Position numbers and translations under genes: made by a program. DNA of 64,000 nucleotides from a virus. The DNA is taken from IMG/VR virus record IMGVR_UViG_3300026197_000002, positions 28,711 to 92,710 of that record; one strand, given 5' to 3'. Below the pieces are notes generated by a model. It searched no databases and had not been told where the DNA came from. It saw nothing but the letters and a program-made list of their open reading frames with translations. Shown here piece by piece: positions 48,874-58,718 of this stretch (within the stretch, counting starts at the first letter, position 1; each line of letters opens with the position of its first letter).

Positions 48874-51387
48874 TTAAAGGTTTTTAGTATTTTTAATAGC
48901 TTTATTTGTTTGCTTAGTAGATTCTCCTGATGTAGGATTACTTGCTTTAGCTTTTGCATTCATTTTAGCTATTCTTTCTTCCATAGCTAATTTCTTTTCT
49001 TGTATAAGATTCTTTTGTTGATTAATTCTAATATCAGCAGAATCTTTTGCCATTTTACCCATTAATTCAGTACGTCTTAATGAGTTTTCTTCAACATTTC
49101 TAATATCTTCTATCCCATCACCATCTGCATCAAGTGTATTCTGGAAACTTAACTGATTGTTCTGACCTTGAATATATAACTCTTCTTTTTTATGTTCATG
49201 TCTATTATCATCAATTTCCATTTGTGCCAACTTATCAATTTCAGCTTCTAACTCTTTCATCTCCATATCAAACTGTCTTTGCATCTCAACAGCTTCTTTT
49301 TCTGATTGCTGTTGTTGAGCCATTGCTTGCTCCTCTTTATTCTTTAACTGATATAGTATATCTTTTAACATTGCACTATTGTTAGCATATATGATTTCAG
49401 ATAATTCATAAGGATTATTACCTTGTGTAGCTAACTTTTCAGCAATACCCCTCATCTTCTCTAACTTACGTCTTTCTTCATTAGACTTATTCATAAATAT
49501 ACCATACTCACTATTCATGTGGTCATACCCATCTATATCTACATGAGCCACACTATTATCATCTCTAACAACAGTTAAATGCTTACCCTCTAAATAAGCA
49601 AATTGTGTCATATCTAAAGTTTTTTGTAATAACCTTTTTTCAAAAGATTCAAACTTGTGAAAAAAGTATTCTGTTATTGCCATACTCCTAGAAATAGATT
49701 GTTCAACAGAACCCACTGCTTGTGATGCTTGCTGTTGTGATTTTCTAGGTTCTGATATACCTACATATCTATCCCATAAATTCTGTATCTGTAATAATAA
49801 TTGAGAATAAAAATTAATCTCATTAAAAGATGTAACATTTATCTTACCTAAGAATTGCGATAACCCCAACTTCCTAATATCAGGGTCTGATAAAGTATAG
49901 AACCCTACACCTAATTCCCTAAAAGTTTCTAGGAATTTCTGCCAATTCCAATCTTCCCTACCTTCTCCTCCCATAACAGCTTCAATAGGCATTAAGACCC
50001 CTTCACCCTGACTCTTTTTTACAGCTTTTTCTAACCTATAAAATATAGAACTAAATAATTTTTGATAAGGTCTACCCATTTTTAAAAATGAAGTAAAATC
50101 TGTTTCTGTTCTATAATAGTATATACCATTATATGATAGCTTCCTAGTTTGTGTAAATAATCTATTAATACCTAAGAATATTCTCCATCTATCAAACTTC
50201 CCATTACCTAAATGTTTTTTATTAGGATATTTCCAATTCTTGGCATTATTTCTATTTTTAAAATGAGAACCGTAAGGGTCTACTACCCATCCTTCCCATA
50301 TATCATCTACCCACTCATATTCTATTGACCAACCTAAGGATTCTAAATCATCAGTTAGTTTAAACTCTTCTGATACTTCAACTTGTTCTAACTCTCCTGT
50401 TAGCATATCAGGATATGTAACAATACCTATTTTTCTATACATTCTCCATTGACAATGTATAACTTCTATTAACACATCATTACTAACATTGTTCCATTGG
50501 GTAGATTTAAAATAATGTGGATAAATAGAACCTAATCTATTCATACCTGTCAGAGATGTATCATCTAATAATTCAACCATGTCATCATCCATCTCATCTC
50601 TAAAATAATCTAATATCTGTGACGGCGACCAATTATATCTTACACATACCCAATCAGCATCTTCTATAAATCTATATGTATAATCATTACTATTAGCAGC
50701 ATGGTCTATATCCTTAGGACTAATTGGAATATTAGTTACATCATCATCTCTAACATCAGTTCTACAATATGTTTGACCAGCTATTAAAAAATGTTTCCAC
50801 ATTTCAATACGCTTATCTTCATATTCATCTTCCTGTGTATAATAATCCATTATATTCTGACCTCTCAACGCCTTATTATCTTTATAAGAAGTATTCCACT
50901 TATCTAACTTTTTATCCAAAGATTGTGATTCAGGCTCATTACCTAAGTTTAAATCAGTAAACCTATTAAATAAATCTTTTTTAATAAATGCAGATTCTTC
51001 TTCTTTTTTCTTAGATGCAGCATCAGGACTCTTATTCTCTACTTGATAAGATAAAGGTCTGTCAATCATCTCACCTATAAGTAATGCAAAATTACTATAT
51101 AATAAATTATAATCATCTACTTTACTCTCATTACCTTTATCATTATTCTTTTCATTGGTAGGATTAGTTACGGTGTTTACCCAGGATTTAGGAACTTTTC
51201 CCGCTGCTAAATCATATAAATCTGTTAATTCATCATAATGGTCATACCTGTTTAAATCTCCATAAAATCTACTATTAGAATATATATACTCTATCCAATC
51301 CTTCATCACATCAAAATTATCTTTCATCTTTTCACGTTCTGAAAGTTTTGCAGGAGGTCGTTGTGTATTTAATAAATGATTTGCCAT
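48874..51387 (-). CDS. portal protein
   Basis: 837 aa directly after TerL; LLIGE, FIEDADW, WVDDIWEG, GRPYQ, VGISEPR motifs of crAss portals. Confidence 0.9.
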   Translation of the reverse strand: MANHLLNTQRPPAKLSEREKMKDNFDVMKDWIEYIYSNSRFYGDLNRYDHYDELTDLYDLAAGKVPKSWVNTVTNPTNEKNNDKGNESKVDDYNLLYSNFALLIGEMIDRPLSYQVENKSPDAASKKKEEESAFIKKDLFNRFTDLNLGNEPESQSLDKKLDKWNTSYKDNKALRGQNIMDYYTQEDEYEDKRIEMWKHFLIAGQTYCRTDVRDDDVTNIPISPKDIDHAANSNDYTYRFIEDADWVCVRYNWSPSQILDYFRDEMDDDMVELLDDTSLTGMNRLGSIYPHYFKSTQWNNVSNDVLIEVIHCQWRMYRKIGIVTYPDMLTGELEQVEVSEEFKLTDDLESLGWSIEYEWVDDIWEGWVVDPYGSHFKNRNNAKNWKYPNKKHLGNGKFDRWRIFLGINRLFTQTRKLSYNGIYYYRTETDFTSFLKMGRPYQKLFSSIFYRLEKAVKKSQGEGVLMPIEAVMGGEGREDWNWQKFLETFRELGVGFYTLSDPDIRKLGLSQFLGKINVTSFNEINFYSQLLLQIQNLWDRYVGISEPRKSQQQASQAVGSVEQSISRSMAITEYFFHKFESFEKRLLQKTLDMTQFAYLEGKHLTVVRDDNSVAHVDIDGYDHMNSEYGIFMNKSNEERRKLEKMRGIAEKLATQGNNPYELSEIIYANNSAMLKDILYQLKNKEEQAMAQQQQSEKEAVEMQRQFDMEMKELEAEIDKLAQMEIDDNRHEHKKEELYIQGQNNQLSFQNTLDADGDGIEDIRNVEENSLRRTELMGKMAKDSADIRINQQKNLIQEKKLAMEERIAKMNAKAKASNPTSGESTKQTNKAIKNTKNL

Positions 51388-53669
51388 TATTGATTATTTA
51401 TATATTGTTTCATATTTTCCCATATATCATTGTAAACTCCTTTTTCTACCGTATTATTCAAATTTTGCATAAATTGCTTATGACAAAACATATATAATCT
51501 CATTGAAGATATACGGTCAAAGTTCCCGTCTATGACAAAACTAATACATTCTTTTAAGAAACCAATATCCATTATAGTATTTAACCTATACTGATATACA
51601 GTTTTATTTTTATCAGTATCGTCTACAACAGATACTTCCTCCATTAACCATTCAGCTAAATATTTATATCCCAACTTATTCATCTCATCAGTAAAAGTAT
51701 TTCCAAGAGGAAGGTTCTTATTCCTAGACCTTTCTTTTGGGTCTAGCATATCTAATGAATGTTCTAGTAGATGTGTCTTCTTCCATTCCCTTGCATAATC
51801 TATTGCAGATTGACCACCCCCACGTCTTTCAAAATTAATCTTACAATTATAATATTCTGCTAACTTAAATACATTAGACCACCAAGTTTTTAAATCAGGT
51901 CTACCTATATATTTAGCTACAATAGTACCTGTATATAAATTAATAGGAACATTTCTATCATACTCCTTTATAACATAACATGCACCAATAGATGTAAAAT
52001 TATCTGTTTGGTCAGAAGCAAAAGGGTCTACTACAATAGTGTAGAGATTCTTAGGTATCTTCCGTACTTTATCATAGTGTTCTTGACCGTGAGAATTAAT
52101 TGTCTTATAATCATATACAACTCTTTTAGGTGTTTCTAATATACTAATACAACCTTCTATATTATCCACTCTATCATCTACAGGATAATCATTAAAAGGT
52201 ATTAAATTATTATCAGGTTTAAATGTAACACCACTCTTAGCTCTCTCTAATTTACCATGTGTCCATAACTTATCTAAATCCTCACTCTGTATTCTAATTA
52301 ACTGCTCTTCTAATAACTTAGTAGGAAATATATTACCCTTAATACGCTGTAAAGCCTCCATTGGTGAAAAAGGATATTCTGCTGCATATTGTGTTACATT
52401 AGTTTCATTACCACTAGCTCTAATCTTTTGTCTTTCCTTAATATGATGTAAATAACCACGTAAAGTATCCATGTTACCATCATCATCCATATATAAACCT
52501 ATGCAATATTGAACAGGAAAAAAGAATCCACACTTCTTACCATATCTACCCTTATCCCAATAATTAATAAATTCTACCATATTATTAGCAGTAGGTGTAT
52601 AAAACATCTCTCTTAATCCTATAATTCCTATACCATCTTCACCACCTGTACCCCACGGAATCAATGTACCAATAACATAACCATCTTGTTCTACCAAAGG
52701 TCTACTAGCGGATAATACATTCTTCAATGTTGGAAATGAACCTGCTTCTTCAAACATTACATATAATCCATCTAATCCCCTAACTTTTTTTTCTTGACTT
52801 AATGCTACACCTTGTATTTCAGAACCTTTCCATATCTCATTCTTCCTCTTATCATACTTACTAGCTCTACGGTGCATCTTAGACATTGGACTATTTACTA
52901 CTTGATGTGGCTTTAACATAGCACCATTAGTATTAATATTTAAAAAATCAATAGTATCCCAACATACCTTATCTAATATCCTTTTAGCACCACTAATCAT
53001 ATCCTTAGTATACCCACAATATATAACAGTCTTTTTAAAGTCTGTAACGTAAGTGTGAACCCCTATTGACCCCATAACTTCTGTAAATCCTGTACGTCTA
53101 GGTTTTACAACGCTAAGATGTTTACCCTTATTCTTAGCTTCTTCCTGTAATGCCCAAAAGAAATGATAATGTATTATCCAAAATTTAGGAAACCCATCCA
53201 CCTTCTTACCTATACCAAGTTCCTTATCTACTTCAACAGTAATTTGCATCCTCCTATAATTTAGGAAAAAATAGTGCAACCCTGTAATATCTATTTGGTC
53301 AGGAGTACCTACATTAATACTATAACCTTCTCTACATCTCCTATATTCTTCTTCCCAAAACTCTTTATATTTCCTACTCTTACGCCTATATTCACAATAC
53401 TTACCTGTTTCAATAAATCTATTAGCCGCTTCAGATAACTTATGAGTATCTCTAAATGTAGAAGGAGTCTTATGATTATGATACATATTAGGTAACATTG
53501 GCATATAATCAGATAAGATTTCTTCATTAGCCTCTATATTAAATTCATCAAATATCTCCTTTATATCTTCTGTTAATATCAAATCACCGTTTGAATCATA
53601 ATTCAATGTATACCCAAACGGTGTTTCTATTTCTCTATCAATAAAAGATATTAATTCAAGTTCATCCAT
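51387..53669 (-). CDS. terL: terminase large subunit
   Basis: ITGLHYFFLNY, Walker A KPRRTGFT, Walker B YVMFEEAG, GTGG, nuclease VDP and GNFDRIS. Confidence 0.95.
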   Translation of the reverse strand: MDELELISFIDREIETPFGYTLNYDSNGDLILTEDIKEIFDEFNIEANEEILSDYMPMLPNMYHNHKTPSTFRDTHKLSEAANRFIETGKYCEYRRKSRKYKEFWEEEYRRCREGYSINVGTPDQIDITGLHYFFLNYRRMQITVEVDKELGIGKKVDGFPKFWIIHYHFFWALQEEAKNKGKHLSVVKPRRTGFTEVMGSIGVHTYVTDFKKTVIYCGYTKDMISGAKRILDKVCWDTIDFLNINTNGAMLKPHQVVNSPMSKMHRRASKYDKRKNEIWKGSEIQGVALSQEKKVRGLDGLYVMFEEAGSFPTLKNVLSASRPLVEQDGYVIGTLIPWGTGGEDGIGIIGLREMFYTPTANNMVEFINYWDKGRYGKKCGFFFPVQYCIGLYMDDDGNMDTLRGYLHHIKERQKIRASGNETNVTQYAAEYPFSPMEALQRIKGNIFPTKLLEEQLIRIQSEDLDKLWTHGKLERAKSGVTFKPDNNLIPFNDYPVDDRVDNIEGCISILETPKRVVYDYKTINSHGQEHYDKVRKIPKNLYTIVVDPFASDQTDNFTSIGACYVIKEYDRNVPINLYTGTIVAKYIGRPDLKTWWSNVFKLAEYYNCKINFERRGGGQSAIDYAREWKKTHLLEHSLDMLDPKERSRNKNLPLGNTFTDEMNKLGYKYLAEWLMEEVSVVDDTDKNKTVYQYRLNTIMDIGFLKECISFVIDGNFDRISSMRLYMFCHKQFMQNLNNTVEKGVYNDIWENMKQYINNQ

Positions 53670-53686
53670 AATTCTATAAGTTTATC

Positions 53687-54316
53687 CTAGAAGTCTTCAC
53701 CTTCATCTATCTCACCATAGTTATCCGTATTATCTTTTTTGTTTTCAACATATTTACTCTTTAAGTCCATTAAAGTTTCTAATAATACTTTAAAAGATTT
53801 AGCATTTGCATTAGCTTTATTAATCATATCTAAACCACTAGCTATCTCATCATTCTCTAATTTATCTAAATTCTCTAAATCATTATCTATCTTTTCAGCT
53901 ATCTTATTATTAAATTTAATATACCTATGTATAGCCTTCCTAGTAGATTCTAGTGCATCATATATAATATCACGAGTTAATTTCTTATACACCTTAATAC
54001 ATTCCAATAATATATCATCCTTCTCCCAACTATATTTATCATCCTTACTCTCTAATTCAGATACATATAATGCTTCCTCAATTCTTTCATCTTCTGTTAA
54101 ATCTATTTCAGAAGTAGGACTAAAAGAATGATATATAAACTTTAAAGCTCTAACATCTTTTGGTGCAGATATTCTCTTATCATTTCTACCATCTTTATTA
54201 CCAGACTCTCTCCTATAATCCCTAGAACATAATTTGTTATAACAATCATAGTGTAACATATACGGAGCTAATAATATCTCCCCTGTATCCATATCTAATC
54301 TAATTGGTCTATCCAT
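53687..54316 (-). CDS. conserved helical protein upstream of TerL (candidate small terminase)
   Basis: Position and KFIY...SP...ER pattern; function inferred from synteny only. Confidence 0.5.
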   Translation of the reverse strand: MDRPIRLDMDTGEILLAPYMLHYDCYNKLCSRDYRRESGNKDGRNDKRISAPKDVRALKFIYHSFSPTSEIDLTEDERIEEALYVSELESKDDKYSWEKDDILLECIKVYKKLTRDIIYDALESTRKAIHRYIKFNNKIAEKIDNDLENLDKLENDEIASGLDMINKANANAKSFKVLLETLMDLKSKYVENKKDNTDNYGEIDEGEDF

Positions 54317-54585
54317 TATTTCTTCTTTTTATAAACTCTCTTTTCTTGTGAATTAAGATGCTTATGCAACCTATTCTTATTAATCTTAAATCTACCTAAC
54401 CCATGTAATAATACATCTTTATCATTATTAGTACGTAAGTGCATCTCTAAATAATCAGATATAATATTAAATACTAATCTAACATCCTTAACCGATACCC
54501 CTAAGTCATCATTCAACTCTTTACCTAATTCAGCAAAAGTTATATCTTCTGCAACTTCTTCTATAATATTCTTATTCACTCTCAT
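54316..54585 (-). CDS. HU/IHF-like DNA-binding protein
   Basis: ELNDDLGVSVKDVRLV...VLLHGLGRFKI. Confidence 0.75.
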   Translation of the reverse strand: MRVNKNIIEEVAEDITFAELGKELNDDLGVSVKDVRLVFNIISDYLEMHLRTNNDKDVLLHGLGRFKINKNRLHKHLNSQEKRVYKKKK

Positions 54586-56188
54586 AACAATTTATTAATA
54601 TTTTACTGTAATCATCACAATCATATCTAAAATATTCATCCTCTTTAAGATGAATAACTATTAACTCATCTATCTCAAATATTGTAGCATCTTCTAGTAA
54701 TACCTTATATGTTCCTAGTTGTAACTGATATTTATTAAAAGCATTTGCCACCAATGTATCAAAAGGTTTAAGTAAATACTCTGAATAATTTTTAAATAAA
54801 TTAGCATTAGTTTTCCAATCACCTAATGACAATTTACCCGTATGCTTGGATACCATAGGTAAATCTATTGTACCTGCTAAATTATAGTTCTCACTATAAA
54901 CTCTTAACTCTGGTACAATATACCAATAATCCTTACTATAATCTATTAAAAACTTTAAACCATATAATGCTTTATTTTTACAAACTTCTACATTAGATAC
55001 TGATAACTCATCAGCTTTACTAACTACTGCACTATACAACTTATTTCTTAAAGTATCAACTTTATCATTAAAAGCATAATCTATGTCAATTTTATAACAA
55101 CTATACATATACTTAACAACTTCTTCTAAAGCATAATGCACAACAGTACCTTCATTAGCAGCCCTATCTCTATTATTATCCCACTTCTCAATAATCTGCT
55201 CTTTTGTAAAACCTTTATAATTTTTAGTACCAACACATCTACCCGCTATCATATCCCAATCCTTATACTTTTCATAACCTTTATTAAAGGTAGTAACACT
55301 AACTCTTTGGTTATTTTCAACAGTATAAGTATGAGTATCTTCTACAAACTTTAACCTACTAAAAGATTTATCTAATTCCCCTTGAATATCAAATATATTC
55401 CAAGAACTACGTTCAATAGTATTATTACCATACTCCTTTAAAATTAAAGAATATAACCAATTAATACCCTTAGATGTCATCCTTACAACTTTACCAACTT
55501 TATATTCAAAATATCCAGACTCTATATACTTTCTATAAGGTATGTTATTTTTATTTAATATCTTCTTATCCCTTAAAAAAGAATATAAGTTATTCCTACC
55601 CACATTACGCTGCCTCATTATATTAGCAACTTCTGATATATTATATAAATTAGTATCACTATCTATACAAGTATCAAAAAATTCAACCTTAGGTTTAACA
55701 CTTTCTAACATATCCTGCGTATCAGCTAACATCCTTAAAGCCTCTGAAAAACTAGAAGGTAACTTATTAATCATCTCATTACGTACTTTTACAAGAGTTT
55801 TCTCACAATTCAATAGGTAATCCCGGTATCTACTAGCATTATCTGTTTTAGCCATCATAGCTAAATGCTGCCCTGTACGTAAAGTAATAGCATAGTCCAT
55901 CTTTATATTACCCTTCAACTTTCTACCTGTATTACTATCCTCAATAGGTGTGTAATCTATACCATTATTAAATAACGTATCTTTCTTAGCAGTACCTACT
56001 AAATTACGTCTTACCCACTTAGACCAATTACTAGGATGTAATCCTAAACCATTATACAATTCTCTCAATGATACAACCTTAGAAACTTCACCATTAATCT
56101 CTATGTCTTTAACAGTAAGTAATTCTAACTTATTATCCATATAGTCAGGTATTATATCATCATCTGATATTTTAATATTGCTTGACAT
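54572..56188 (-). CDS. AntA/AntB + ANT(KilAC) antirepressor-like domains fused to PD-(D/E)XK nuclease
   Basis: VSLRELY...GIDY...DYAIT; LPSSFSEAL...KPKVEFFD...GRNNLYSFLR...TSKG; then HTY...SVTT...AGTIDL...DWKT...YQLQLGTY. Confidence 0.85.
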   Translation of the reverse strand: MSSNIKISDDDIIPDYMDNKLELLTVKDIEINGEVSKVVSLRELYNGLGLHPSNWSKWVRRNLVGTAKKDTLFNNGIDYTPIEDSNTGRKLKGNIKMDYAITLRTGQHLAMMAKTDNASRYRDYLLNCEKTLVKVRNEMINKLPSSFSEALRMLADTQDMLESVKPKVEFFDTCIDSDTNLYNISEVANIMRQRNVGRNNLYSFLRDKKILNKNNIPYRKYIESGYFEYKVGKVVRMTSKGINWLYSLILKEYGNNTIERSSWNIFDIQGELDKSFSRLKFVEDTHTYTVENNQRVSVTTFNKGYEKYKDWDMIAGRCVGTKNYKGFTKEQIIEKWDNNRDRAANEGTVVHYALEEVVKYMYSCYKIDIDYAFNDKVDTLRNKLYSAVVSKADELSVSNVEVCKNKALYGLKFLIDYSKDYWYIVPELRVYSENYNLAGTIDLPMVSKHTGKLSLGDWKTNANLFKNYSEYLLKPFDTLVANAFNKYQLQLGTYKVLLEDATIFEIDELIVIHLKEDEYFRYDCDDYSKILINCYESE

Positions 56189-56390
56189 CTTCTGTATAAT
56201 GTTTAATTGTCCTATTTATCATATTTTGATTAATATGTTTTTTATAAGAATCTAAGTTCTCATAATATATATCCTTTAATTGAGGATACTTATTCAATAT
56301 CTCACCACATTGCTCAATAAAGATGTGTGGGTATTTTAACATCTTATCAATATATTTACGGTGTATCTTTTTAGCTTTTTTACTTTTCAT
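56172..56390 (-). CDS. hypothetical protein
   Basis: 72-aa ORF within operon, A-rich leader. Confidence 0.55.
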   Translation of the reverse strand: MKSKKAKKIHRKYIDKMLKYPHIFIEQCGEILNKYPQLKDIYYENLDSYKKHINQNMINRTIKHYTEDVKQY

Positions 56391-56400
56391 AATTTTATAT

Positions 56401-56955
56401 TTAATATTCTATACGATAACCTAATTCAGTACTATTCTCTAATTTAATATCTTCCAATAAAATATTCTTTAATTCTTCAAACTTAGCATCTAATCTACCT
56501 CCTAGATAATCTTGCTCACTCTGGAAACTTATATAAACACCTGGGGATTCCTTGTCTATACTATACCACCCACCATTATAATACATAGGTACAGGAATTA
56601 TATAATCCATGTTGTCATCCTCTATCACATCATGTGCTACCATTAAATCTAATACTATCTGACATACATTATGGAAATCAAACTTCCTCCTACTATCTCT
56701 TACAAAATGAAATTTAACTATAATAGGAGAACTCCTATCTATATCTACATCTTTAAATATCTTTTCAAATTCATTATCCCTAGTCTTATAATTAGTGTAT
56801 TCCTTCTTACTAACACTGAACTTCTGTACCCCTAACTTCTGTAAATACTTTTTAACAGTCTTACTATGAAATACCCCTTTAGAAGTTTTAACTTTACTGT
56901 TCTTAGAACTAGGAACATTGTTGGGAATAAATATACAATCATCTAATAAATTCAT
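56401..56955 (-). CDS. rusA: RusA-like Holliday junction resolvase
   Basis: VPSSKNS...RRKFDFHN...LDLM...IEDDN (RusA acidic residue pattern). Confidence 0.8.
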   Translation of the reverse strand: MNLLDDCIFIPNNVPSSKNSKVKTSKGVFHSKTVKKYLQKLGVQKFSVSKKEYTNYKTRDNEFEKIFKDVDIDRSSPIIVKFHFVRDSRRKFDFHNVCQIVLDLMVAHDVIEDDNMDYIIPVPMYYNGGWYSIDKESPGVYISFQSEQDYLGGRLDAKFEELKNILLEDIKLENSTELGYRIEY

Positions 56956-56973
56956 AATTTTATACAGTTTTTA

Positions 56974-57005
56974 CAAACATAGTTAAAACTATATATATCT
57001 ACAAA
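56974..57005 (-). promoter_or_regulatory. Bacteroidota sigma-A-type promoter TTTG-N20-TATGTTTG heading the late operon
   Basis: Exact consensus 18 nt upstream of the RusA-like start. Confidence 0.8.
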
Positions 57006-57617
57006 TAATATGGGAAATAAAATGCTATTATATTTAGGTGTGAAAAAGGCAGAGATACAGCTGTAACGTTTTACTGCACGTAGTGTAAGTACTACAAACA
57101 AGTTTTATTAAATGTTTTATAGTTTCTTGTTTTAACGTTTAACAAGTGTTTACCTGTTTGTAAAACTAACGTTTTACAGAGGGAAAAAGTTGCCTATTAA
57201 TAGGTTATTAACAAAACATTAACAACTACCCTATATTTGTTAGGAACTTCTAGGAAATCCTGTATTGTAAAAGCTGTTCCTATAATAATTACTTGTAGTA
57301 TATACACCATCAATATAATACCCTAGACCTAAAAATAATTTTTGAAAAATATTATTTAACAATGAGGAATTTATGAGATTCTTATGTGGGTAATACTATA
57401 TCCCCCCTATTCTTATAATTTGGAGTATTTTTAAATTTAGCGTATTTGTAAATGTGTGGGGTTATTTTACAAAAAATTCCCTATTAAAAAACAAAAATCC
57501 AATTATCCCCCTCAAAAATAAATTAACAACAATTATTTTTACTAGGTTTCCACAGCCTACAATTCTACGTTGCCACTAGGTTTCACCACAGGGTCAAGAG
57601 TCTACAAAGATGGAAGA

Positions 57618-57652
57618 AAAACCTTCCAGGTTTTCTCTTTGAAGAACACCTC
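57618..57652 (+). promoter_or_regulatory. hairpin + GAACACCTC element, copy 1 (candidate vRNAP early promoter)
   Basis: AAAACCT-TCC-AGGTTTT; GAACACCTC at 57644. Confidence 0.7.
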
Positions 57653-57700
57653 ATACATAGTTTGATTGAATTTTAAATTAATTATTAAATACATAGAACT

Positions 57701-57889
57701 ATGAAGAATATACAAACACTTGAAGACGCTAAGAAAATATGCAAATCTTATAATACTGTAGACGGCATCAAAGATGAAAAGATTTTGCTAAATTTGGAGA
57801 AGCAATGGAATGCAAACCCTAAAAGATTCGTAAGATTCCCTTACGGGACTTACGACTTAAAGGACAAGTACTTGCTTATATGGAAATAA
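57701..57889 (+). CDS. early hypothetical protein
   Basis: 62-aa ORF between element 1 and a hairpin. Confidence 0.7.
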   Translation: MKNIQTLEDAKKICKSYNTVDGIKDEKILLNLEKQWNANPKRFVRFPYGTYDLKDKYLLIWK

Positions 57890-57899
57890 TTTGTCTTAT

Positions 57900-57933
57900 A
57901 TATCCTACTCTCTAACAAGAGTAGGGTATATTT
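57900..57933 (+). terminator. terminator-like hairpin
   Basis: TATCCTACTCT-ctaaca-AGAGTAGGGTA then tattt (weak U-tract). Confidence 0.65.
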
Positions 57934-57937
57934 AAAG

Positions 57938-57973
57938 AACAACCTTACAGGTTGTTTCTGTTAAGAACACCTC
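57938..57973 (+). promoter_or_regulatory. hairpin + GAACACCTC element, copy 2
   Basis: AACAACCT-TAC-AGGTTGTT; GAACACCTC at 57965. Confidence 0.7.
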
Positions 57974-58027
57974 ATTTATATATTGAGATAAGGTATTCTT
58001 ATCTCTCAACTTTAAAATTATATAGTT

Positions 58028-58246
58028 ATGTATTACATACTTAGCACCTGTCACATTACAGGTAAAATTGAAAGAGTAAGATACTTTGACAGTATTAATG
58101 AAGCTGTAGACGCTCTTACAAAGATGAACGTAATGGAACATCAAAGTTTTTCTATTCACACTGACCAAGCTGCTATTTTGTATAGCAGCTTGGAAAAAAA
58201 ACTCTGTCAATTTCCAGCTGAAAAGCTGGTAAAGCACGGGGATTAA
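58028..58246 (+). CDS. early hypothetical protein
   Basis: 72-aa ORF with A/T-rich leader, followed by terminator. Confidence 0.65.
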   Translation: MYYILSTCHITGKIERVRYFDSINEAVDALTKMNVMEHQSFSIHTDQAAILYSSLEKKLCQFPAEKLVKHGD

Positions 58247-58250
58247 TTGC

Positions 58251-58289
58251 AAAGCTCTTCTAGCATCTAGTAGAAGGGCTTTTTTTTTT
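58251..58289 (+). terminator. intrinsic terminator
   Basis: AAAGCTCTTCTA-N8-TAGAAGGGCTTT + long T run. Confidence 0.85.
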
Positions 58290-58320
58290 GTTTTTTCAAC
58301 TTTTAAAATTAAATATCGTT

Positions 58321-58557
58321 ATGAAGATTATAAGTAGACGTGGTGTAACAGCCACAATAAGTAACGGGTTCGTTAGACCTAAAAAAGATATAAAGACCTC
58401 CAATGGATTGGTATTTAGCGGTAGTAAGTACTTATTACTTACTACCAACCAAGGTAGTTACGTCAAGTTTTGCAGTGCTTTCAACTTCCTTGATGCAGTA
58501 AAGCACTACTGTATTAATGAGCGTGTTAATTTACAGGATTGGTATAAAGTCCTGTAA
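58321..58557 (+). CDS. early hypothetical protein (start ATG 58321)
   Basis: Track start (TTG 58288) lies in the terminator T-run; ATG 58321 follows an A-rich leader. Confidence 0.65.
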   Translation: MKIISRRGVTATISNGFVRPKKDIKTSNGLVFSGSKYLLLTTNQGSYVKFCSAFNFLDAVKHYCINERVNLQDWYKVL

Positions 58558-58562
58558 GTTAT

Positions 58563-58598
58563 AAGATTCTCCTAGTAGATACTAGGAGGGTCTTTTTT
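58563..58598 (+). terminator. intrinsic terminator
   Basis: AAGATTCTCCTAGT-agat-ACTAGGAGGGTCTT-TTTT. Confidence 0.85.
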
Positions 58599-58603
58599 AC
58601 AAT

Positions 58604-58638
58604 TAACCCTTACAGGGTTATTCTATGAGGAACACCTC
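58604..58638 (+). promoter_or_regulatory. hairpin + GAACACCTC element, copy 3
   Basis: TAACCCT-TAC-AGGGTTA; GAACACCTC at 58630. Confidence 0.7.
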
Positions 58639-58718
58639 ATTTAGTTGTGGAGTTTAATTATTTAAAAAACAGGGTTGTAAAGGCAATCCTTGTGCATTAT
58701 GCACTAAATGTTAATAAT

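Noticed and set aside
48874-53669. Introns or inteins in TerL/portal, or a diversity-generating retroelement
   Set aside because: Genes are continuous and of expected size; no intein, homing-endonuclease or reverse-transcriptase motifs and no TR/VR pair recognised
4950-55820. Many + strand ORFs antisense to late genes (e.g. 15527-15916, 41474-41809, 53739-54131) and nested same-strand ORFs (23827-24117, 46163-46345, 53309-53527)
   Set aside because: Fully overlap long, motif-bearing genes and have the composition of shadow frames
57232-57239. + strand TATATTTG as a host promoter for early genes
   Set aside because: No TTG at the -33 position and about 460 nt from the first ORF
57932-58252. 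106-aa minus-strand ORF
   Set aside because: Antisense to a + strand element-gene-terminator unit
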